Assembly (NCBI GenBank): GCA_038212275.1
Contig: JBBQUR010000003.1
Coordinates: 160,001 to 224,000, forward strand
Length of the DNA: 64,000 bases
From: Planctomycetota bacterium
GTDB lineage: Bacteria > Planctomycetota > B15-G4
Reading direction: 5' to 3'
Each line of letters opens with the position of its first letter. Position 1 is the stretch's first letter. The position numbers and the translations under genes were made by a program. Below the pieces are notes generated by a model that saw only the letters and a list, made by a program, of their open reading frames with translations, was not told the DNA's origin and did no database searches. Positions 1 through 10,000 of this stretch are shown in pieces.

Positions 1-2
1 GC

Positions 3-1001
3 TTCCGCTTCGACAACGACAGCGAGCGCCTGTGCAGCGACGCACTGACAGCAGTCCTCGGTCCGGCGCGCATCCCCGGCGCACCGCTGCGCCGCGCACC
101 GGGCGACTCCCGCGATGCAGACCTGGCGGCCTCGGTGCAGGCTGCGGTGGAGGACGCGCTGCTGGCTCTCGTCGCCGAACTGCACCGCCGCGCGCCGGGC
201 GAAAACCTCTGCCTGGCGGGCGACATGGCGCTCAACACCGCGGCCGTCGGACGCATCGTGCGCGAAGCTCCCTTCCGCCGCGTCTTCGTGCAGCCTGCGG
301 CCGGAGATGCCGGATGCGCGCTGGGCGCCGCGCTGCACGTGCATCACGCGGTACTCGGTGCGGAACGCGGGTGGCACCAGGAGCACGTCTTCCTCGGCGA
401 AAGCCTGCTCGCCGAGCCCGGCCCGGAAAGCGCGCCGCTGCGTGACGACGCCGCCGTACTGGACGCACTGCTCGCCGCGCTGCAGAGCGGCGGCCTCGTG
501 GGCTGGGTGCGCGGCCGCAACGAGTGGGGGCCGCGCAGCCTCGGGCATCGCAGCCTGCTGGCCGACCCGCGGCGCGCGGATGCGGGCGACCTCGTGAGTC
601 GCGCGGTCAAGCGTCGCGAGGACTTCCGGCCCTTCTCGCCCGCCGTGCCCGCCGAACGCGCCGCGGAATTCTTCGATCTCACGGGGGCCGACGCGAGTTG
701 GCCGCTGCGCTTCATGCAGCTTCAGGTGCCTGCTCGCGCGGCGATGATGGCCGCCGCGCCGGCGGCCGTGCATGCCGACGGCACGTGCCGTCCGCAACTC
801 GTCCATGCCGCCGAAGACCCGCTGTTCCACGCGCTGCTCACGCGCTTCGGGGAGGCCACCGGCGTGCCGCTGCTGCTGCACACCTCGCTGAACCTGCGCG
901 GCGAGCCGCCCGTGCGCGGCGAAGCGGACGCGCTGGCCCTCTTTGCGCGCAGTGAGCTGCCGGCGCTCGTCGTGGAAGACCGCCTCTACGCGCGACGCTG
1001 A
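3..1001 (+). CDS. Carbamoyltransferase (NodU/CmcH/TobZ family), 5'-truncated by the window edge
   Basis: Frame open from base 3. Motifs DLAASVQ, LCLAGDMALN, QPAAGDAG, GRNEWGPRSLGHRSLLADPR, KRREDFRPF, VHADGTCRPQ and TSLNLRGEP match the family, with several substitutions. Confidence 0.9.
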   Translation, partial: FRFDNDSERLCSDALTAVLGPARIPGAPLRRAPGDSRDADLAASVQAAVEDALLALVAELHRRAPGENLCLAGDMALNTAAVGRIVREAPFRRVFVQPAAGDAGCALGAALHVHHAVLGAERGWHQEHVFLGESLLAEPGPESAPLRDDAAVLDALLAALQSGGLVGWVRGRNEWGPRSLGHRSLLADPRRADAGDLVSRAVKRREDFRPFSPAVPAERAAEFFDLTGADASWPLRFMQLQVPARAAMMAAAPAAVHADGTCRPQLVHAAEDPLFHALLTRFGEATGVPLLLHTSLNLRGEPPVRGEADALALFARSELPALVVEDRLYARR

Positions 1002-1039
1002 GCCGGCACGCCGCGGTGCCCGCACCCCGCGGTGCCCGC

Positions 1040-1149
1040 GCGCGGCTCGTGACGGGCGCGCGGCTCGTGCCCGCACGCGGCTCGTGACGGGCGCGCGGCT
1101 CGCGACGGGCGCGCGGCTCGCGACGGGCGCGCGGCCCGTGACCGGCGCG
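1040..1149. repeat. ~6 tandem copies of an 18-bp unit (GCGCGGCTCGTGACGGGC) between convergent genes
   Basis: Read directly; units start at 1040, 1058, 1075, 1093, 1111 and 1129. Confidence 0.9.
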
Positions 1150-1154
1150 TCGGA

Positions 1155-2021
1155 TCAGGCGCGCGCCTGCGCGGGGCCGGCGCGGCGCCGCGCGAGCAGG
1201 CACACGAGGCCGGCATCCTCGTCGGTCATGCAGCGGACGGCCCAGCCCCAGCGGCGCCAGAGCAGCGCCAGCGAGCCGGGCTCCGGCGTCGCGGCGAAGA
1301 GGTCGCGGCCCGGCGTGGCGGGCGGCACGGACGAGAGCCAGGTGAAGCCGGCCGATTTCACCGTGGCCAGCGTCGCCGTGAACGACAGGCTGTGCTCCAG
1401 CGGGTGGCGGTACTGGTCCTCGATCCACGTGAGCTTCTTCTCGTCGTCGAGGTCGCGCCGGCGCAGCACGGGATCCAGCGCGGCGATCGGCCGCCGGCCG
1501 TTGAGCGAGAGCACGCGGCGCGCATGGTGCGGCAGGCGCGCGATGCTCTCGTAGATGCCCAGCAGCAGCACGCCGCCTGGGCGGACGTGGCTGCACACGG
1601 AGCGGATGGCGCGGTCCGGGTCGTGCGTGTGATGCACCACGCCGCGCGAGATCACGACATCGAAAGCGGCCTGCGGCAGCGGCAGCACGAAGATGTCGGC
1701 GCGCATGAGCGACAGGTTGCGGACGTGCGCGCGCCGGCGGAAGTCCTCTGCCGCGGCGAGCGAGGCGGCGCAGCGATCCGCTCCGAAGATGCGGCGTCGT
1801 GGCGCGGCCAGCGCGAGGAAGTTGCTGATCTGCCCGGTGCCGCAACCCGCGTCGAGGATGCGGGCATCCGGTGCAATGGCCTGATCGAGCGCCTGCAGAA
1901 ACGGCGAGCGCCGGCAGCGGTCCAGCAGCGAGGAGGCGTCATCACCGGGTGCATAGCCGGGGAAAGGGCGCGCCTCGTAGAAGGCAGCGACCTCGGGCGC
2001 GCGGGGCAGCGTCGTATTCAT
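1155..2021 (-). CDS. Class I SAM-dependent methyltransferase
   Basis: ILDAGCGTGQ SAM-binding motif I, FDVVISRGVVHHT, VRPGG. ATG at 2021 (alternative GTG 2027). Confidence 0.9.
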   Translation of the reverse strand: MNTTLPRAPEVAAFYEARPFPGYAPGDDASSLLDRCRRSPFLQALDQAIAPDARILDAGCGTGQISNFLALAAPRRRIFGADRCAASLAAAEDFRRRAHVRNLSLMRADIFVLPLPQAAFDVVISRGVVHHTHDPDRAIRSVCSHVRPGGVLLLGIYESIARLPHHARRVLSLNGRRPIAALDPVLRRRDLDDEKKLTWIEDQYRHPLEHSLSFTATLATVKSAGFTWLSSVPPATPGRDLFAATPEPGSLALLWRRWGWAVRCMTDEDAGLVCLLARRRAGPAQARA

Positions 2022-2170
2022 CGCCACGCGCCTGCATCGAGCCGACGCGCGTGCGCTGTCACGGCGCTCGACGCAGCGTGGACGTTGCGCGAATCGCGGG
2101 TTAGTCTTCGCCCCGCCATCAGGCTCGTGCTGGACTTCGACATCGAGGTCCTCATCCGGAGGTCGTGGAC

Positions 2171-2356
2171 GTGGTCGCTTTCACCCGCAAGCTGCGTGTC
2201 GGTGCCTCCACGGCCAGGGAGCTGATCGTCGGGCTGTGGCGCGGGCCGTACTGGTGGTTGGTGCCGGTGATGTGCGTGCTGCTTCCGGCCGCCATCGTGT
2301 TCGTCGTGCTGCAGACTGTGCCGGTCGTCGCACCCTTCGTCTACACGTTGTTCTGA
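2171..2356 (+). CDS. DUF5989/SxtK-like small membrane protein
   Basis: WWLVP, then a hydrophobic helix, then the APFVYTLF C-terminus typical of this family. GGAGG at 2158-2162 is 8 nt before GTG 2171. Confidence 0.85.
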   Translation: MVAFTRKLRVGASTARELIVGLWRGPYWWLVPVMCVLLPAAIVFVVLQTVPVVAPFVYTLF

Positions 2357-2373
2357 AGGCGTCCGCGGCACGT

Positions 2374-3960
2374 TCAGTCGCCGGCGCACGCGATGCGCAG
2401 CGGCCTGAACGAGGCCAGCTCGAAGGTGTTGCCGATGTTCTGGACCACCCAGCGCGGCGAAACGAGCTTCACCTCCAGCAAGGCCTTCGGGTCGCGCTGT
2501 GGCGGCAGGGGCAGCGAGGCGCGCACCGGGCCGTCCGCGGTCAGCGTGACGACGCCGAGACTCCGGCCGTCCAGCTCCACGGCCACGTCCAGCGGATACA
2601 GGTCGGGGCGCTTCTCGATGGGCGCCAGTTCGAGCTCGATGCGGGAGCCGCCGGGCGCAAGCAGCAGCAGCAGCCGTGCGCCGACGACGCCGTTCTCGCT
2701 GACGCCTCCGTAGACCTGCCCGACGGAGCGACCGGTCGTGAAGTCCACTTCGGATTTCAGCAGATGGCGATCGTGGTCGTGCTGCGGCTTGACGTAGGCC
2801 GTCAGCAGCTCATTGGTCAACGCCGGCGCCCGCAGCGCCTCGAACTCCTCGGGCACGGCTGGCAGCGGCGCGCCGGCGCCGCGGTCCACGAGCCCCTGAT
2901 TGAGGAGCGCCTGCGCCACCAGCGTCGCCGTGACCCGGGCCGTGCGTGCGTTGGGGTGCGGGTCGTAGCCCAGCGTCATGTCCGCCGGCAGAGACGTGAA
3001 CAGCGGAGCGGCTGGAAACTCCGGATACACGGCGCGCAGGCGCGACAGCAGGTAGTAGCCGAATGAGTGCTCGATGCAGGGCATGAGGATCATCGTCCGG
3101 TGCTGGGAGGCCTGCCATCGCGCGAGGCTCAGCAGGCACTCCGCACTCTCGTCGTAGCGCCTCGTGGACTCGGGCGAGAGGTCGGCGTTGAGCGCGTCCA
3201 GGCCGTAGTCCCCGGGGAGCACCGGCTTGCCGGCTGCCTCGGCCACGGAGTTCAGCCGCGCCACGAGCTTCTTGTTGTCGCCGGCGCACACGTGCAGCCA
3301 CGGGTCGGGTGAGGCGGGGTCCGGGGCGCATTCGCGGTGCCCGGACTCCGACACGAGGTCCGTGTCGGAGAGTTCGTTGGGGTAGCTCATGTACACCACG
3401 ATGTCGGGGTGTAGGTCCATGATGTGGTCCATCAGAAAGCTCACCGCGCTGCGCGTGCTCCAGCGCGTCATGGCCACCGTGCGGCACACGACGGGGCGGG
3501 CGTCCGGCCCGCGCGAGGCCGCCAGTTGCTCCTCCAGCTGATTCGCGATGGTGTCCTCGTCCGAGAGCCCGAACCCGAAGGGCACGGATGCCCCGGCGAT
3601 CGCGATGACGATCGGCCGTTCCGCGGGCATCGGTCGCGGACGGCTCCGCAGCCCGAGCGCGTCGCTCCGGATCTTTCCGCCGAGGATGTCCAGATCGGTG
3701 TTGCTGCGGAGCACGTAGCCGACGCGGGGGTCGGCGTGGAGCCGGAGCACGCCGGGATTGCTTGCCGCAGCGAGCTTGCGCTCGTCCTCGCTCCGCGAGC
3801 GCCAGTCGAGGTCGGCCCCGGGAACGGCGCTGTCCAGACCCAGCGGCAACTTCCGGAGCAGCGAGCCGCCGGCGAAAGTCGTGACGAAGCCCTCGAACGC
3901 GAACAGCGTCACGACGGCGATCAGGACGGCCCCGACGAGGCGACCCTTGGAGGAGGTCAT
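2374..3960 (-). CDS. Membrane-anchored SGNH/GDSL-hydrolase-like protein
   Basis: N-terminal TM helix; IAIAGASVPFG (block I-like), PDIVV and YDPHPN (block V-like); beta-rich C-terminal domain. Confidence 0.7.
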   Translation of the reverse strand: MTSSKGRLVGAVLIAVVTLFAFEGFVTTFAGGSLLRKLPLGLDSAVPGADLDWRSRSEDERKLAAASNPGVLRLHADPRVGYVLRSNTDLDILGGKIRSDALGLRSRPRPMPAERPIVIAIAGASVPFGFGLSDEDTIANQLEEQLAASRGPDARPVVCRTVAMTRWSTRSAVSFLMDHIMDLHPDIVVYMSYPNELSDTDLVSESGHRECAPDPASPDPWLHVCAGDNKKLVARLNSVAEAAGKPVLPGDYGLDALNADLSPESTRRYDESAECLLSLARWQASQHRTMILMPCIEHSFGYYLLSRLRAVYPEFPAAPLFTSLPADMTLGYDPHPNARTARVTATLVAQALLNQGLVDRGAGAPLPAVPEEFEALRAPALTNELLTAYVKPQHDHDRHLLKSEVDFTTGRSVGQVYGGVSENGVVGARLLLLLAPGGSRIELELAPIEKRPDLYPLDVAVELDGRSLGVVTLTADGPVRASLPLPPQRDPKALLEVKLVSPRWVVQNIGNTFELASFRPLRIACAGD

Positions 3961-4008
3961 GCAGGCAGCTCACCAATGAATATCTGCATTTTCATGAGGT
4001 CTCCGGTG

Positions 4009-4076
4009 CGCATCGCCGCATCGCCGCACGCCGCACGCCGCATCGCCGCACGCCGCATCGCCGCACGCCGCACGCC
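4009..4076. repeat. 7/8-bp microsatellite-like tract (CGCCGCA / CGCCGCAT)
   Basis: Read directly in the intergenic region between the SGNH gene and leuB. Confidence 0.8.
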
Positions 4077-4299
4077 TCCACGTCCCGTCCGCGCGGCGGG
4101 GGATCTTACCGGGAAACTTCCGTCGGCGGCTTCACCGCGGCGCCGCCGCCACGAGGCGGTGCCGCGCTGCAGGCAGCGAAAGAGCGCCTCGCCGATGGCG
4201 CGCGCCGGCCCGAAGTTTCTTAGGCTCTTGGCCCCTCGCCCGGGACCTCGGGCGCAGGCAGTCCCCTCGACGCCCCTCGCACAGCCTCCGGACCCGGAC

Positions 4300-5391
4300 A
4301 TGACCAGCACCACGCACAGCACCCGCACGCACCGCATCGCCGTCATCGGCGGGGACGGCATCGGCCCCGAGGTCGTCGCCGAGGGCCTCAAGGTCCTCGC
4401 GGTCGCCGCCGAGCGCTTCGGCATCAAATACGAGACGGTGATCTACCCCTTCGGCACCGACCGCTGGCTGGCGACGGGCGGCACGAACGGCGGCGAGACG
4501 CTGCCCGACTCTGCCTTCCGCGAGATCCAGCAGATGGACGCGGTGCTGCTCGGCGCCATCGGCGACCCGCGCGCGCCGGTCGGCCTCGTCGAGCACGGCG
4601 TCATCATGCGCCTGCGCGTCGGCCTCGACCTGTTCGTGAACCTGCGCCCGGTCAAGCTCTATGACGCCCGCCTCTGCCCGCTCAAGGACAAGACGCCCGC
4701 CGACGTGGACATGGTCATCGTGCGCGAGAACACCGAGGACGCGTACACCGCGTCGCCGGAGTTCACCGCCAAGGGAACGCCCGACGAGGTCGCGATCCAG
4801 CCGATGCGCTACACGCGCAAGGGCACCGAGCGCGTCATCCGCTATGCCTTCGAGCTGGCCCGCAAGCGCAACAAGCACAAGAAGCTGCTCATGATCGACA
4901 AGGCCAACGCGATCCGCGCGCAGGACCTGTGGACGCGCGTCTTCGCGGAGGTGGGCAAGGAGTATCCGGACATCACGCAGGAGCACGCCTACATCGACGC
5001 GGCCTGCATGTGGATGGTGAAGAACCCCGAATGGTTCGACGTGGCCGTCACCACCAACCTCTTCGGCGACATCATCACGGACGTCGGCGCGATGGTGCAG
5101 GGGGGCCTCGGCATCGCCGCCTCGGGCAACATCCATCCCGGACAGGTCTCGCTCTTCGAGCCCATCCACGGCAGCGCGCCCAAGTACAAGGGGCAGAACG
5201 TCGCCAACCCGGTCGCGTCCGTGATGGCCGTGGCGATGCTGCTCGACCACCTCGGCCACGGCGAGGCGGGGCGCGCCATCGAGGCGCAGGTCTCGCGCCT
5301 GCTCATCGAGAACCGCATCCGCTCGCTCTCGGCGGGCGTGCAGAAGACGTCCGAGATCGGCGACCTGCTCGCCGCAGCCGTGGCGGGCTGA
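4300..5391 (+). CDS. leuB: 3-isopropylmalate dehydrogenase (isocitrate/isopropylmalate/tartrate dehydrogenase family)
   Basis: IAVIGGDGIGPEV, NLRP, VRENTE, NLFGDIITD, FEPIHGSAP and ANP motifs. ATG at 4300; the upstream extension in the ORF track is unlikely to be coding. Confidence 0.88.
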   Translation: MTSTTHSTRTHRIAVIGGDGIGPEVVAEGLKVLAVAAERFGIKYETVIYPFGTDRWLATGGTNGGETLPDSAFREIQQMDAVLLGAIGDPRAPVGLVEHGVIMRLRVGLDLFVNLRPVKLYDARLCPLKDKTPADVDMVIVRENTEDAYTASPEFTAKGTPDEVAIQPMRYTRKGTERVIRYAFELARKRNKHKKLLMIDKANAIRAQDLWTRVFAEVGKEYPDITQEHAYIDAACMWMVKNPEWFDVAVTTNLFGDIITDVGAMVQGGLGIAASGNIHPGQVSLFEPIHGSAPKYKGQNVANPVASVMAVAMLLDHLGHGEAGRAIEAQVSRLLIENRIRSLSAGVQKTSEIGDLLAAAVAG

Positions 5392-5392
5392 G

Positions 5393-6787
5393 ATGGCCGA
5401 CCCGCGCACGGCTGCCGGGCCCGCCGCCGAGGGTGCCGGCGGTGCCGGCGGCGTCGGCGCGGCCGGTGAGGCGCCGCGTCCGGCGAGCCGTGTCGCCGCG
5501 GTGCTGGGCGCGCATGCCTTCATGCTGCGCGTCGGGCGCGAGCTGTCGGGGCCCGCGCCGGACATCGGCGGGGGGCCGGCCGCAGAGGGCCAGGCGCTCA
5601 CCGTGTCGCTCGACGCCGTGCTGCTCGACGGGCCGGGCGCCGCGGCCCTGCTTGCGGCCTCCGGCGCGGCCGGCGCGCGCACCATCGTCCCGAGCAATGC
5701 GCCGCCGCTCTCGCCGGGCCAGCTCGTCTTCGTGCCGGGTGCCGAGCAGCCGCGCGACGATCGCCGCCGCATCCGCGGCCATGCGCGTGAGCACGGCCTG
5801 CCGCTCGGCTTCGCCATCGGTCGCTCCGGCTGGCCCGCCGTGGTCGCCGCGGACGAAGGCCTGCTGGGCAGCCACGACCTGATCGGCGGCGGCACGCCGG
5901 ACGTCGGCTCGCTGGGGGGGCTGGGCTGCATTCCCCTGCGCTGCCAGGTCACGGAGCTCAACGGCCTGCTCGCACGCAATGCGCTGCCGGTCGTCGTCCC
6001 GCCGACGCGCTTTGTGCGCGTCACCGGGCGCATGCCGCGCTGGGTGGGGCCCTTCGACCTGGCGGTGGCGCTGCTCGGGCTGTGCGGCGGAGCGGCCGGG
6101 CTCCGCGGCGCGGTCCTGGAACTGCACGGGGACACGATCGCCGCGCTCGACATCCCCGAGCGCCTCAGCCTGTGCGGGACGCTGGCGGCCGCCGGCGTGG
6201 CCTCCGTCGTCCTGCCCGATGCGCGCACCGTCGCGTGGCTGGCGGCCCGACGACCCGAGCGCGATCGCCGCCCCGATCCGCCCTCCCGGCCCCCGGCGGA
6301 TGCCGCGTGGCTGGAACTCGACGCCCGCAAGCTGCGCCTCGTCGCCCTCGCACTCAGCGAGGGGCAGCCGTGGCCCGGCCGCCTGCTCTCGCCCGAAGCG
6401 CCCGGCGGCGGCTCGCCCACGCCCATCGACGAGGTCGTCATCGCCGGCCGGCTGGAGGATCTGCGCGTCGCGGCCGAGGTGCTGCGCGAGCGCAACGTCC
6501 ATCCGGGCGTGGACTTGTCCATCCTCCCGGCCAGTCAGCGCGTGCTCCTGCATGCCATCGACGAGGGGCTGATCGCGGACTTCCTCCGCACCGGTGCACG
6601 ACTGCTCGCGGCGGGCGGCCTGCCGAGCCACCTCGTGCGAGGCGACCGACGACTGGTCAGCGGACCCGCAACGAGCATGGATCTGGTGGCGGGTCCCGCG
6701 GTCGCCGCCGCGAGCGCCGCCGCCGGCCGACTCATCGATCCCGAAAGCATGCGCCAGAGCCAGCGTCGCAGCGCCCGCCTCGGCTGA
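5393..6787 (+). CDS. LeuC/aconitase large-subunit homologue lacking Fe-S ligands (probable pseudoenzyme)
   Basis: Colinear with LeuC (VLGAHA, VPPT..VRVTG, ELHGD, IDEVVI-GRLEDLRVAAEVL, PAS, EGL, PAVAAASAAAGRLIDP), but GSCTN, CxxC, DSHT and TNRNF are absent. Starts 1 nt after the leuB stop. Confidence 0.8.
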   Translation: MADPRTAAGPAAEGAGGAGGVGAAGEAPRPASRVAAVLGAHAFMLRVGRELSGPAPDIGGGPAAEGQALTVSLDAVLLDGPGAAALLAASGAAGARTIVPSNAPPLSPGQLVFVPGAEQPRDDRRRIRGHAREHGLPLGFAIGRSGWPAVVAADEGLLGSHDLIGGGTPDVGSLGGLGCIPLRCQVTELNGLLARNALPVVVPPTRFVRVTGRMPRWVGPFDLAVALLGLCGGAAGLRGAVLELHGDTIAALDIPERLSLCGTLAAAGVASVVLPDARTVAWLAARRPERDRRPDPPSRPPADAAWLELDARKLRLVALALSEGQPWPGRLLSPEAPGGGSPTPIDEVVIAGRLEDLRVAAEVLRERNVHPGVDLSILPASQRVLLHAIDEGLIADFLRTGARLLAAGGLPSHLVRGDRRLVSGPATSMDLVAGPAVAAASAAAGRLIDPESMRQSQRRSARLG

Positions 6788-6880
6788 GCGCCGAGCGCCC
6801 AGCACCGAGCGCCCAGCACCGAGCGCCCAGCACCCAGCGCCGAGCACCCAGCGCCGAGCAGCGAGCAGCGAGCAGCGCGC
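6787..6880. repeat. Heptamer-period tandem repeat (GAGCGCC/CAGCACC/GAGCAGC)
   Basis: Read directly downstream of the LeuC-like stop codon. Confidence 0.85.
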
Positions 6881-7080
6881 GCCGAGCGCGTCGCGCGTGA
6901 GTCCCGCGCGACGCGCGGCGCACGGACATCGCTTGCGTCGCGCGCGGCTTGCGTGCTACCCCCCTCCCCGCATTCGGGCGCGAAGGTCTATCATTGTCCG
7001 TGCAGGTGGTGGCGTGTGGTGCTCGTGCGGCGTGCAGCGGGTGCGGCGTCGACGGCAGGTGTGGCGGAGCGGGAGGTCTC

Positions 7081-10000
7081 ATGGCAAAGCGGTTCACGGC
7101 GTGCCCTCAGTGCGGGCGTTCCTTCCAGGTGGATGAGGCGAACGCGGGTCGCCGCGCGCGCTGCGGCGCGTGCGCTCACGCCTTCGTGATCCGCTTCGAC
7201 GAGGCCGCGCCCTCTGCCTCCTCCGCGCCCTCCGCGCCGGACGATGCCGCAGCCCTCGCCGCCGCGCAGGCCGAAGCCGCGCAGCAGCGTGAACTGCTCG
7301 ATCAGGCACAGGTCGTGGCACAGCAGGCCATCGACGAGGCGCATGCCGAGGCCGATCGCCTGCGCGCCGAGCAAGACACCGAAGAACGCGCGCCAGGACG
7401 CGCGCCAGGACGCGCGCCAGGACGAGCGCCGGCGCGGGCCGTAGTCGGCTCGGAGCAGCGCGATGAGCTGGCGGCGCATGAACGTCAGGCCGCGACGCAG
7501 CTCGCTGCGATGGAGGCTGCGCAGCGCGCCGCTGCGGAGCGCGCGACGGCCGCCGAGGAGCGCGCCGCGGCCGCCGAGCATCGTGCGAGCGAGCTGGAAG
7601 ACGAGATTCACGACGCCGAGCATCAGCACGCCGAAATCGGCGTGGAGATCCGCCGGCTCGAGGAGCGCGCGCGCCAGCTGGCGGCACGCAGCGCCGAGGC
7701 CGAGCAGGAGCTCGAGCGCGGCGTCGAGCAGGCGCGCGGCACGATCGCCAAGTACACGTCCGCGAAGACGGCGCTCGCCGAGGTGGAGGCCGCGCGTGCG
7801 CGCAGCGAGCGCGCGCGGCACGATGCCGACGAGGCGCTGGCGGCGGCGCAGGCGGCACTGGAGTTGCTCGCGACGCGTCGCGCCGCGGAGGAGCAGCAGC
7901 TGGCCACGTTGCACGCGCAGCGACAGGCGGCGATCGAACAGTCGCAGGCGGCGAGCGCGACGGTCGCCGAAGCGGAGTCCACGGTCGAGGCGACGCGCGC
8001 GCAGGCCGCCGCGCTGGCGGGTCGCGTGCGCGCCGCCGAGGCGCGGCTCGCGGACGTCGAAGCGGCCGCGCAGCTTCGCGAGGCGCAGCTCGAAACCTCC
8101 GTGCACCAGCGCACCGAAGCGCTGGAAGGCGAAGCGCGCCAGCGCACCGAAGCGCTGGAAAGCCACGCGAGCCAGCGCGTCGAAGCGCTCGAGAGCGAAG
8201 CGCGCGAGCGCGCCGAATCCCTGCAGAATGAGGCGCAACGGCGCGTGGATCTGCTGGAGAGCGAGGCGAAGGAGCGGCGCGAGCACGCCACCGTGCTGCA
8301 GCAGCAGGTGCGGCTGTGGAAGGACCAGCTTGCGGAGTTGCAGCACGCGGTGCAGAGCCAGCGCAGCGCTGCCGACGCGCGCCTCGCGAAAACGTCCGCC
8401 GACGCCGACACCGCCGAGCAGCGCCGTGCGCAGCTCGAACAGGCCTGCGCCGCACTGAGCGCGCAGTCCGCGACCGCGAGCGAGGCGCTCGCCGCCCTGC
8501 AGGCCGGCGCCGCGGAGGCGGAGGCCGCTTGGGAGGCGGCCAAGCAGGCGCGCGCCGCCGCGGAGCACCGGACGCAGCTGGCCGAGCAGCGCGCCGCCGA
8601 GCTGGCGCAGCAGGAGCGCGAACGCCTCGCCGCGCTGCAGGGCCAGGAGCACGCCGCCGAAGAGCGCCTCGCCGCACGTCGCGCCGAGGCCGAGTCCCTC
8701 GAGGCAGCCGCCGATGCGGCACGGGTCGCGCTGGCGGAGCTCGAGCAGCAGGGCCAGCAGCAGCGCGCCAGCACGCAGGCCTCCGTCGCCGCGTGGAACG
8801 AGGAGCAGCAGTCGCTCGCGCAGCGTCGCGCGCAGGAGAGCCAGGCCGCCGCGCAGCGCCTGTCGGCCGTGGAATCGGCGCACGCCGAGCGTCTCGCCGC
8901 GCTGCAAGCGGCGCACGAGCAGCATCGCGACGTGCAGGCGCGCGTTCACGAGGCGGAGCAGCGTGTCGCGGACCTGGCCGAGCGCGCGCGCGTCGGCGAC
9001 GAACAGTGCCTCGCCACGCAGGCGCGCGCCGACGAGCACGCCGTGCGCGTGCAGCGCCTGACGGAGCAGGCCGAGACGCTGACGCTCCAGTCGCGCGAGA
9101 TGATCGAGCGCTATCGCTCCGCGAAGGCCTCGCTGGCGGAGGCCCAGGCCAGCCAGCAGGCGGTGGAGGATCGGCGCGCGCGCACCGAGGCCGAGGCGGC
9201 GGCGCAGGCCGAGCGCGTCGCGGCCCTGATCACCGAGGCGCAGGGCGCCGAGACGGCTCGCACGGAGGCCGAGCGCGTGGCGCTCACGTGGAAGCACGAG
9301 GCCGACACGTGGCAGCAGCGCGCGCAGTCTTTGTCGGGCCAGGTCGAGCAGCTCTCGCAGCAGGCGACGGCGCAGCGCGCGGCGCAGGAGGCGGCGGCGG
9401 CGCGGTTCGCGCAGCAGGAGCGCGAGGCGCAGCAGCGCGTCGCGGCGCTGGCGGGCCGCGCGGCATCTACCGAGCAGAGCCTGACGGAGCATCGCGACCA
9501 GCTGGACCTGGCGCGTGCGGCGCTGGCCGCCGTCGAGGCGCGCGCGGCCGAGTCGCAGGCGCGCGCGGAGGATCTCGCTGCCGAGATCGAAGCGGCCGAG
9601 CAGCATGCCGGCGAGTTGACCTCCGCGGTGGCCGAGCAGCAGGCGCGGCTTGCGGAGCTGGACGCGTCGGTGAACACCGCGAGCGGTCGGCTCGAGGAAC
9701 GGCGTCGCGGCATTCACGAGGCGACGGCGTCGGCTGCCGCGCTGGCGCAGCGGCTGGCCCAGGCCGAGGCGCAGCTCTCGGCCGCGGAAGCCCTGCGCGC
9801 GGAGCAGGAGCGCGCCGCCGAGGAGGCCTCGGCGGCCTCACGCAGCGCGAGCGCGCACGCCCGCGCCGCGCAGGCCGAGGCGCTGGAGGCCACGGCGCGC
9901 ACCGCGGCCGCCCGCGAGGAGACGGGGGCGCTGACGGCGCGTTCCTACGAGTTGCGCGATCAGCTCACGGCGCTGGCGGCGCAGGCCGAGGCCGCGGCAG

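Noticed and set aside
2018..2143. Short minus-strand ORF (MSKSSTSL...) overlapping the methyltransferase start by ATGA
   Set aside because: No RBS or motif, and it occupies the probable divergent promoter region; likely chance.
3..2356. Saxitoxin biosynthesis cluster (SxtI/SxtK-like genes)
   Set aside because: No sxtA, sxtG or other core genes are present; this gene pair is widespread outside toxin clusters.
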